NCBI GenBank assembly: GCA_019429145.1
Contig: JAHYJI010000004.1
Location: forward strand, 1-60,680
From: Coriobacteriia bacterium
GTDB taxonomy: Bacteria > Actinomycetota > Coriobacteriia > Anaerosomatales > SLCP01
Length of the DNA stretch: 60,680 nt
Direction: 5' to 3'
The position numbers were made by a program, and so were the translations under genes. Shown piece by piece: positions 18,099 through 25,549 of this stretch; position 1 is the stretch's first letter; each line of letters opens with the position of its first letter. The notes below the pieces were generated by a model. That model did not search any database and was not told where the DNA came from. It worked only from the letters and a program-made list of their open reading frames with translations.

Positions 18099-19240
18099 CG
18101 GTCCACCTCCCCGAACACCGGGTCGAGGCTTCCCAGGATGACGACGAGGTCAGACAGCATGTGGCCTTCCGCGAGAAGCGGCAGCAACGCAAGGTTGCAG
18201 AAGGCCGGCGAGCGCACCTTCATACGGTACGGACGCACCGAGCCGTCAGACACGAGGTAGACGCCGAGCGCCCCTCGAGCGGACTCGATGTGGTCGTACG
18301 CATCGCCGGGACGCGGGGCGAGAAGTCTCGGCAGTCCGGGGGTACGGATCGGGCCCGGCTGCATCTGCGAGATGGCCTGCTCGATGATCCGGCACGACTC
18401 GTAGCACTCGAAGAGCCGCACCCTCGCTCTGTCGTAGCAGTCACCGTTGCTGCCGGTAGGAACGTCGAAGTCGAACCGCGGGTAGACCGAGTAGGGATCG
18501 TGCTTCCGCAGGTCCCAGTTCACGCCGGAGCCCCGGGCCACCGGACCCGATGCGCCCCAGGCGACGGCATCTTCCGGCGAGAGCACGCCGACGTGCTTCA
18601 TCCGGTCCCTGGTTATGACGTTGCCAAAGAACAGGCGGTCCATCAGTTCGAGTCCGTCGCGGTGGTCTCGACAGAACTGCAGCACCCGCTCTGTCCACCC
18701 TTCCGGTATCTCGAAGCTCACGCCTCCCGGGCGTACGTAGTTGTACGTAAGCCGGGCACCGCACAGCTCCTCGAATGCCTCGATGACCTTCTCCCGCTGG
18801 TCGAACGCGTAGATGAACATCGTCGCCGCCCCGGTGTCGGCCGCAGCCGAGCCGAGGGACATCATGTGGCTGGCGATGCGCTGCATCTCGCAGACGATGA
18901 CGCGCAGGTACTCGGCGCGCTCGGGCACCTGAATGCCTGCGAGCCGCTCGACCGTGCGACAGTACGCCCAGTTGGCGTACATCGACCCGACGTAATCCAG
19001 ACGATCCGTGAGGGGGACGACTTGGAGGTAGGTACGGTTCTCGGCCATCTTCTCGATGCCGCGATGCAGATACCCGATGACGGGCTCTGCCTTGGTGACG
19101 ACCTCACCGTCGAGGTGGACGATGACACGGCACACGCCATGAGTAGACGGATGGGATGGGCCGACGTTGACGACCAGTTCGTCCACACCCGGCTCTATCC
19201 GGTCCGTGAAACAGGCATCGCTCCCGATCTCTCCGGTCAT
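18095..19240 (-). CDS. nuoD: Complex I subunit D
   Basis: GPSHPSTHGV, GYLHRG-EK, DRLDY, ESARGALG, LDPVFGEVDR; no NiFe CxxC pairs. Confidence 0.96.
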   Translation of the reverse strand: MTGEIGSDACFTDRIEPGVDELVVNVGPSHPSTHGVCRVIVHLDGEVVTKAEPVIGYLHRGIEKMAENRTYLQVVPLTDRLDYVGSMYANWAYCRTVERLAGIQVPERAEYLRVIVCEMQRIASHMMSLGSAAADTGAATMFIYAFDQREKVIEAFEELCGARLTYNYVRPGGVSFEIPEGWTERVLQFCRDHRDGLELMDRLFFGNVITRDRMKHVGVLSPEDAVAWGASGPVARGSGVNWDLRKHDPYSVYPRFDFDVPTGSNGDCYDRARVRLFECYESCRIIEQAISQMQPGPIRTPGLPRLLAPRPGDAYDHIESARGALGVYLVSDGSVRPYRMKVRSPAFCNLALLPLLAEGHMLSDLVVILGSLDPVFGEVDR

Positions 19241-19254
19241 ACTCCCACCCCCTC

Positions 19255-19716
19255 TCAGATGTAGTCAGGCCTGCGGATAACGGTCTCATCCTCGTAGTCC
19301 TTGCGCAGGGGATAGCCCTCCCAATCATCGGGAAGAAGGATCCTGCGCAGGTCAGGATGTCCATCGAAGACGATCCCGAACATGTCGAACGTCTCGCGTT
19401 CCTGCCATAGAGCGGCCGGCCAGAGACCGGCCAGCGAGTGGACCCGGGGACTGTCCCGGTCGACATTGCACTTGATGAAGACCGCCGCCGACATCGAGCG
19501 GGCGTACAGGCGGTAGACAAGCTCGAAGTGCGTCGGCCGATCGACCGCGGTGACGACACTGAGGCGGTCGAAACCCAGATCCCTGAGGTTGCCGGCGGCC
19601 TCCAGCAGGCGATCCGGGTCGACGGAGATCACGCCGTCCCCGAACTCTATCGAGAAGAGGGGGCACAGATCGGGATAGGTGGCGCACAGGTGCTCGCGCA
19701 GCTCGGTTATGTTCAC
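19255..19716 (-). CDS. nuoC: Complex I subunit C
   Basis: [36 protein letters not shown]. Confidence 0.96.
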   Translation of the reverse strand: [153 protein letters not shown]

Positions 19717-20315
19717 CGCGCACCACTCTCCCCGCCCGCACCGGGATCACCGGGACGAACGCCGAAGGAGATGTCTCCTGTGGCCGGCAGCGTGAGGACG
19801 GCCTCACGGCGCCGGTCAGGCGCGATCGACTCGGTTGCGATGCGCTCGCGAAGCCGGAGTACGGCATCCTGGAGCGATTCGGGCCTCGGTGGACAACCGG
19901 CGATGTAGACGTCAACGGGCAGGAACTCGTCGACGCCGCGCACCACCGAGTACGTGTCGTAGTAGAAGATGCCGCCGGAAACAGCGCAGTTGCCCATCGC
20001 GATGACCCACTTGGGGTCGGCCATCTGCTCGTAGAGCTGCTTGACCGCAGGAGCCATCTTCTTGGTGATCGTCCCGGCCACGATCATCACGTCTGTGTGG
20101 CGCGGATCAGGACGCGGAAATGTGCCGTGCCGATCGAAGTCGAACTTGTTGAAGGAGGCCGCGATGAGCTCCATGGCGCAGCACGCCGTGCCCATCGGCA
20201 TGGCCCACAGTGACTTGCCTCGCGCCCAGTCCAGCAGCGAGTCGACCGTCGACAGGATGATGCCGCCGCCTTGTCCGCTGTCGAGAGTCTCGCCGAGGCG
20301 ATCGATCAGCGCCAC
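19713..20315 (-). CDS. nuoB: Complex I subunit B
   Basis: GTACCAME, AMGNCA, DVYIAGCPPRPE (N2 ligands); start trimmed to GTG 20315. Confidence 0.96.
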   Translation of the reverse strand: MALIDRLGETLDSGQGGGIILSTVDSLLDWARGKSLWAMPMGTACCAMELIAASFNKFDFDRHGTFPRPDPRHTDVMIVAGTITKKMAPAVKQLYEQMADPKWVIAMGNCAVSGGIFYYDTYSVVRGVDEFLPVDVYIAGCPPRPESLQDAVLRLRERIATESIAPDRRREAVLTLPATGDISFGVRPGDPGAGGESGAR

Positions 20316-20671
20316 TGCAGGACCCCCTTGCGCCACGCATAGAGCAGGCCCAGGGACAGGAGGCCCACGAAGATGCCTACGGCGATCACACCCCCGGGCG
20401 ACCCGCGCAGACCGGTCGCGACGGCGAAGAGCATCGCGGCCTCTGCATCGAAAATGACGAGCAGTAGGGCGATAGCTGCGAAGCGCAAGCGCACGGGAGC
20501 CCACGGCATTCCGGCCTGAGGCATGCCGCACTCGTACGGCTCGACCTTCTGGGGAGTGGGATTGCGCGGCGAGAGAAGCACGTTGGCCAGGAAAACCACG
20601 AGTATGAAGCCGACTGCGGCAGCCGTGAGCCCGACTATGAACAGTACGCTGTCCGCGAAGGCGCCCTGCAT
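20306..20671 (-). CDS. nuoA: Complex I subunit A
   Basis: KVEPYECG, LLVIFDAEAA, YAWRKGVLQW. Confidence 0.95.
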   Translation of the reverse strand: MQGAFADSVLFIVGLTAAAVGFILVVFLANVLLSPRNPTPQKVEPYECGMPQAGMPWAPVRLRFAAIALLLVIFDAEAAMLFAVATGLRGSPGGVIAVGIFVGLLSLGLLYAWRKGVLQWR

Positions 20672-20724
20672 TCGGTCCCCCCGGTGCTGGTTGCGGTTGC
20701 GCCGATTCTCGCAGAACGAGCGGC

Positions 20725-20746
20725 GTTTGTAAACATTGTTACAAAC
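20725..20746. promoter_or_regulatory. Palindromic operator upstream of the nuo operon (Rex-like)
   Basis: GTTTGTAA-ACATTG-TTACAAAC, perfect 8-bp arms and AT-rich; core TTGT-N10-ACAA. Confidence 0.6.
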
Positions 20747-20780
20747 TACCTGAGCGGTGTCGAAGGCGCAGGTCGAAGTG

Positions 20781-22802
20781 CTACTCGGTAGCTTCCAGCT
20801 CCTCGATACGATCAGCTAACTCGACCCATTCGCGCTCCATGCTAGCCAGGGCCGACCTGAGCTCAGCATACTCCTTCATCGCTCCGGCGAAACCGTCCGC
20901 ATCGTCGTAGAAGGACGGGTCGGCCATCAGAGTCACTAGCTCTTCATGACGTTTCTGACCCGCGGCGATTCGCTCCTCGAGGTCTGCGAGGTGCGCGCGG
21001 TTCTCGCGGGTGGCACGATAGGCACGGTTCCGGGCCTCGGCCTCGGCCCGCTTCTGCTCCTTCGTCTTGCGCGCCGTACCGACAGCATCGGCATCCGGGT
21101 TCTGCGAGGTGCGTCCCGCCGTCGCCGCGTCCCTGCCGACGGTGGCCGAGCCTCCCCCTCCCGCTGCCGCCAGTGAATCGAGCTGCTCCCGTTTGTACAG
21201 GTAGTAGTCGTAGTCTCCGGGGAAGACGGTCGCCCGTCCGTCACGGACCTCGACGATCTTCGTCGCCACCGATCGGATGAGGTGACGATCGTGCGTAATG
21301 AGCACCATCGTCCCTTGGAACTGCGCCAGAGCGGCCTCGAGCACGTCGGAAGACGCGATATCTAGGTGGTTCGTCGGCTCGTCGAGACAGAGCAACGGTG
21401 CGGGCTCGACCAGCATCTTGGCGAGCGCCAGCCGGCATCGCTCTCCTCCCGAGAGCACCGACACGCGCTTGTTGACGTCGTCCCCACTGAACAGGAACGC
21501 GCCGAGGAGACGCCTGACCTCGGCTTGCGTCCAGCCGGGCGCCACACCGTCGAGCTCGTCGAAGACGCTCTTGCGCCCGTCGAGCGCCTCGAGCTGGTGC
21601 TGGGCAAAGTACGCGACATCGACGTGGACTCCGTACCGACGCTCCCCCTCGTCAGGGTCGAGCACGTCGGCGAGCATCTTGAGTAGTGTGGACTTCCCTG
21701 CACCGTTCGGGCCCACAAGGGCGACCCTGTCGCCCCGATACAGCGTCAGGTCGAGTGAATCGTAAACCACATTGTCCCCGTACGCCTTCCGTACGCCGGC
21801 AAGGTGCACGACCTCTTCGCCGGTCCGTGGCGGTTGTGGAAACGCGAAGCGAACGGTCTTGCGCTCCTCGGGAAGCTCTATCAGCTCCGCCTTGATCCTC
21901 TCGATCCGTCTGATGCGGTCCTGTGCCTGGCGGGCCTTGGTACTCTTGTACCTGAAGCGATTAACAAAGGCCTGCATGTGAGCGATCTCCTTGAGTTGCC
22001 GCTCATGCGTGGCGCGCTGTTGATCTCGAACGAGCTCTCTCTGTGCGAGGTAGCGCTCGTAGGTGCCTGTGTACGTCGTCACCTTGCGCTGATCGATCTC
22101 GGCGACGTGGTCGACCAGACCCTCCATGAAGGCCCGGTCGTGGCTCACCAGCACGATCGCACCCTCGTAGCCACGCAGGAACGACTCGAGCCACATCACC
22201 GTCTCGAGGTCGAGGTGGTTCGTGGGCTCGTCGAGAAGCAGCACGTCGGGCCTGGCCAGGAGCAGCTTTCCGAGGGCAAGCCGCATCAGCCACCCTCCGC
22301 TCAACTCCTCGGTGTCCCGCTCCAGGTCGGCCTCTTTGAAACCGAGCCCGGTAAGGACCCCGCGTGCCTCAGCCTCGATGCCGTAACCGCCGGCGTGCTC
22401 GAACCGTTCCCGCAACCGGCCGTACTCTGCGAGCAACCGATCGGCCTCTGACGGGTCCCCGTCCGATCCGGATACCTCGGCGATCTCGTGCTCAAGCAGG
22501 CGCAGCTGATGCTCGAGCGTGGTGACGTCGGCAGCGGTTGTGAGGGCCTCTGCCAGCACACTCCTCCCGCGCATCTCGATGGCCTCTTGCTTCAGGTAAC
22601 CGACCACCGCATCCTTCGCGAGCGCGACCGTCCCCTCGTCGGGAGTCTGTTCACCCGAGATGATCTCGAGCAGTGTCGTCTTGCCTGCTCCGTTCGGACC
22701 GAGAAGCGCAACCCGGTCACGCGCCCCGACGCGCAGCGAGGCGCCCTCGAAGAGCACTCGCTCGCCGAAGGTTTTCGTCACGCTGTCCACGGAGATAATC
22801 AC
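20781..22802 (-). CDS. ABC-F family ribosome-associated ATPase (YheS/Uup-like)
   Basis: Two ABC domains ([23 protein letters not shown]; repeated), no membrane segments, coiled-coil tail. Confidence 0.93.
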   Translation of the reverse strand: MIISVDSVTKTFGERVLFEGASLRVGARDRVALLGPNGAGKTTLLEIISGEQTPDEGTVALAKDAVVGYLKQEAIEMRGRSVLAEALTTAADVTTLEHQLRLLEHEIAEVSGSDGDPSEADRLLAEYGRLRERFEHAGGYGIEAEARGVLTGLGFKEADLERDTEELSGGWLMRLALGKLLLARPDVLLLDEPTNHLDLETVMWLESFLRGYEGAIVLVSHDRAFMEGLVDHVAEIDQRKVTTYTGTYERYLAQRELVRDQQRATHERQLKEIAHMQAFVNRFRYKSTKARQAQDRIRRIERIKAELIELPEERKTVRFAFPQPPRTGEEVVHLAGVRKAYGDNVVYDSLDLTLYRGDRVALVGPNGAGKSTLLKMLADVLDPDEGERRYGVHVDVAYFAQHQLEALDGRKSVFDELDGVAPGWTQAEVRRLLGAFLFSGDDVNKRVSVLSGGERCRLALAKMLVEPAPLLCLDEPTNHLDIASSDVLEAALAQFQGTMVLITHDRHLIRSVATKIVEVRDGRATVFPGDYDYYLYKREQLDSLAAAGGGGSATVGRDAATAGRTSQNPDADAVGTARKTKEQKRAEAEARNRAYRATRENRAHLADLEERIAAGQKRHEELVTLMADPSFYDDADGFAGAMKEYAELRSALASMEREWVELADRIEELEATE

Positions 22803-22808
22803 CGTGAC

Positions 22809-22814
22809 AGTCTA
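22809..22814 (-). promoter_or_regulatory. -10 box for a probable leaderless ABC-F transcript
   Basis: TAGACT 6 nt upstream of the GTG start at 22802. Confidence 0.45.
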
Positions 22815-22832
22815 GCAGGGAGGATCGGGACC

Positions 22833-24182
22833 GTGGCTTCTGACAAGCGCGTCGTCGTGATCGGTTCCGGCGCTGCCGGGACCGCGGCCGCACGGACACT
22901 CGCCGCGGCGGGTTGGAGCGTGACGGTGGTCGAACGCGATCGCGTGGGAGGCACCTGCCTGTGGACCGGTTGCATGCCCAAGAAGGCCCTCTACACCTCC
23001 GCACGTGCCCGACGCAGCGCTGCGCGCGCGGAGATGTTCGGCTTGGAGGGCATCAAGAGCTTCGACTGGCAGACGGTCCTGGCGTGGAAGTGGCACAGCC
23101 AGGAGACGTACGCCGGTGACCAGGAATCCGGCTTGGCAGAGCGTGGCATCACACTTCTCAAGGGCGATGCGCACTTCGTATCGACCGATGCACTTGAAGT
23201 CGATGGCCGGCGTCTGACCTTCGACCATGCGGTCATCGCCACCGGCTCCCGGCCGGAAATGCCGCCGGTCGAGGGGATCGAGTTGGCGGACACCAGTGCC
23301 GACGCCCTGAGCTACCGCGAGCCGCCATCGTCACTGCTGGTAGTCGGGGGCGGGTTCGTCGGCATCGAACTGGCCACTGTCTACGCGTCCTTTGGCACCG
23401 AGGTCACCATCATCACCTCGGGCCCGCGCCCCCTCGGGATGCTCGATGAGGAGGTCGCCTCGGTAGCACTACGCCGTCTCGAACGGATGGGAGTCACGCT
23501 ACGCGCATCGTGCCGCCTCCACGGCCTTGCAGGCACTCAGGGAGCGGCCACCGCGCGATTCGTCGACGGTGAGGGGCTCCCGCACGAGGGCACGTGGAAG
23601 CGCGTTCTTGTCGCCACCGGTCGCGCCCCCGCGCTCGAAGAACTCGACCTGCAGGCTGCCGGCGTCGAGGTCGACGGGCACGGGCGCATCGTGCTCGACA
23701 CGTCTCAGCGGACCACCAACCCGCGCATATGGGCGGCGGGCGATGCTGCCGGTGGGATGATGCAGACACCGATCGCCAACTACCAGGGACGTACCGTCGC
23801 GACGTCCATCCACTCCGGTACGGCGCTCGACATCGATACGTCTGCGATTCCTACCTGCCTGTTCACCACGCCTCAGGTCGCGCAGGTCGGGCTGACCGAG
23901 GCACAGGCACGGGCGGCCGGGATCGAGATCTCGGTAGGGCGTGCAACCTTCGACTTCCTCGGTGCCGCCGTGATCGAGGACGAGCGTGACGGGCTGGTCA
24001 AGCTGATCTTCTCGGCCTCGGACGGACGGCTTGTCGGCGCCCACATCGCCGGCCCCACCGCAAGCGACCTCATCTACGCGATGGCCGTCGCTATGCGATG
24101 CGGGGCGACCCGCGACACGCTCGGGGCCACCGTCGGGATCCATCCGGCTTACTGCGAATCACTCAACTGGGCAGCCGGGTAG
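22833..24182 (+). CDS. Class I pyridine nucleotide-disulfide oxidoreductase (dihydrolipoamide dehydrogenase-like)
   Basis: GSGAAG FAD motif, GGTCLWTGCMPKK redox disulfide, GGGFVGIE, C-terminal HPAYCE; SD GGGAGG before GTG 22833. Confidence 0.88.
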   Translation: MASDKRVVVIGSGAAGTAAARTLAAAGWSVTVVERDRVGGTCLWTGCMPKKALYTSARARRSAARAEMFGLEGIKSFDWQTVLAWKWHSQETYAGDQESGLAERGITLLKGDAHFVSTDALEVDGRRLTFDHAVIATGSRPEMPPVEGIELADTSADALSYREPPSSLLVVGGGFVGIELATVYASFGTEVTIITSGPRPLGMLDEEVASVALRRLERMGVTLRASCRLHGLAGTQGAATARFVDGEGLPHEGTWKRVLVATGRAPALEELDLQAAGVEVDGHGRIVLDTSQRTTNPRIWAAGDAAGGMMQTPIANYQGRTVATSIHSGTALDIDTSAIPTCLFTTPQVAQVGLTEAQARAAGIEISVGRATFDFLGAAVIEDERDGLVKLIFSASDGRLVGAHIAGPTASDLIYAMAVAMRCGATRDTLGATVGIHPAYCESLNWAAG

Positions 24183-24203
24183 CCGGACCACCACCTCTCG
24201 ACA

Positions 24204-24884
24204 TCAAAACGGCAGCCAGGGCAGTTCGATGCCGACCGCCTGCCCCACGAAGCGAGCACCCATGTAGAGGAGCGCCACTCCGAGCAGGCCCATGATCACG
24301 CGATACACGTTGCGAGTGAGCAACCCCTTGCCCTTGTGCACCACCGTGATGACGAATCCGTACCAGGAGAGGTCGGCCAACTGGTGGCCGACGAAGAAGG
24401 CCGCAATCCCGACAGCACCGATCGTGAGCCCGTCAGTGGCGAGCTTGACGCCGATCGTCGCCCACCACAGCGTCCACCACGGGTTCGAGAGCGATACGAC
24501 CGCACCCTGGGTGACCGCTCCCAGATGACTCGCCGACAGCACGCCCGTTTCGGCAACCAGCAGGTCTCGAGCGATCGAGCCGTCCCCTGCTCCCCTGACG
24601 AGCCCCGTTCCCATCCACAACAGCACCGCGCCGCCCGCCACGGCCAGCGCAAGCGTGACGCTCGGCAACCGCAGAAAGCGCTGGAGCCCGAATGCGAACC
24701 CCACCAGCAGTGCCGCTTCGAGAAGCGCATGGCCGACCAGCATCAGCGCTGCCGAGAGGGCACCCCGTTGCATCGTCCGCGAGATCGTGACCGTCAGAAA
24801 AGGCCCCGGCGACATTGCGCCCGACAGCCCGACCACGAAGGCCTGAGCGCCGAGCGCGAGTGCCGCGGCGGCTTCCGGAGACAC
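24204..24884 (-). CDS. LysE/RhtB family translocator
   Basis: SGAMSPGP, LMLVGHALLE, SLSNPWWTLWW; hydrophobic. Confidence 0.85.
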   Translation of the reverse strand: MSPEAAAALALGAQAFVVGLSGAMSPGPFLTVTISRTMQRGALSAALMLVGHALLEAALLVGFAFGLQRFLRLPSVTLALAVAGGAVLLWMGTGLVRGAGDGSIARDLLVAETGVLSASHLGAVTQGAVVSLSNPWWTLWWATIGVKLATDGLTIGAVGIAAFFVGHQLADLSWYGFVITVVHKGKGLLTRNVYRVIMGLLGVALLYMGARFVGQAVGIELPWLPF

Positions 24885-24970
24885 CGGCGCGTGCTCCCAT
24901 CTCTCTGGAGTTGCCCGGGCAGCGGCCCGGTGACGGCAGGATACCTCACACCCGAGTGTGAAGTACCGGT

Positions 24971-25387
24971 CTACTCGATCGTGTACGGCTTGTTGTCCGG
25001 CCACTCCAGCGTCCAGGGCGCGGGGTGCCCGCTGACGTCGAAGCGAAGCACGACGAAGCCGCCCTCATGTGCGGTGGGGTCCGCAACCACAGAACTCGGC
25101 GGCACTCCTTCCCCGTCAGCATCCACGAGCATGAGATCGTCGACGGCTGACACGATTCGGGCATCCTCGTCATCGATGACACCGACAGGCCGCACCCGGA
25201 CGAGCGAGATCTCGACCTCGGCCGCCGTGTATAACACCTCCTCCAGTCCGTAGACGCGCTCCTCGGTAGCGAACCTGGTCTGCCCGAGGAGGTTCAAACG
25301 ACTGACAAGCCCTTCAGGTCCGCAGGCGGCAAGAGCAAGTGTGGCGACCACGACAAGCCCGAGCACCACAGTACGAAGCACTCTCAT
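24971..25387 (-). CDS. Hypothetical lipoprotein
   Basis: Signal MRVLRTVVLGLVVVATLALAAC with LAAC lipobox; SD GGAGGT. Confidence 0.6.
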   Translation of the reverse strand: MRVLRTVVLGLVVVATLALAACGPEGLVSRLNLLGQTRFATEERVYGLEEVLYTAAEVEISLVRVRPVGVIDDEDARIVSAVDDLMLVDADGEGVPPSSVVADPTAHEGGFVVLRFDVSGHPAPWTLEWPDNKPYTIE

Positions 25388-25549
25388 CTCCCCACCTCCC
25401 CGAGGACGCAGGCCCAAGAGTGTCTCCATCAGGTATGTTCACTGTGCATATCCGCTGCCTGCGACACACTCGGGGCCACGGTCGTGATTCACACGGCTAC
25501 TGCGGGGCACTCAACTGCGCGGCGGGATAGGGGCTCCAGAACAGCTCCC

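Noticed and set aside
18095-20315. Group 4 [NiFe]-hydrogenase instead of complex I
   Set aside because: NuoD lacks both CxxC Ni-binding motifs, has RLDY and the GEVDR terminus, and no maturation genes are present.
22833-24182. Mercuric reductase MerA
   Set aside because: No C-terminal Cys-Cys pair, no N-terminal HMA domain and no mer genes nearby.
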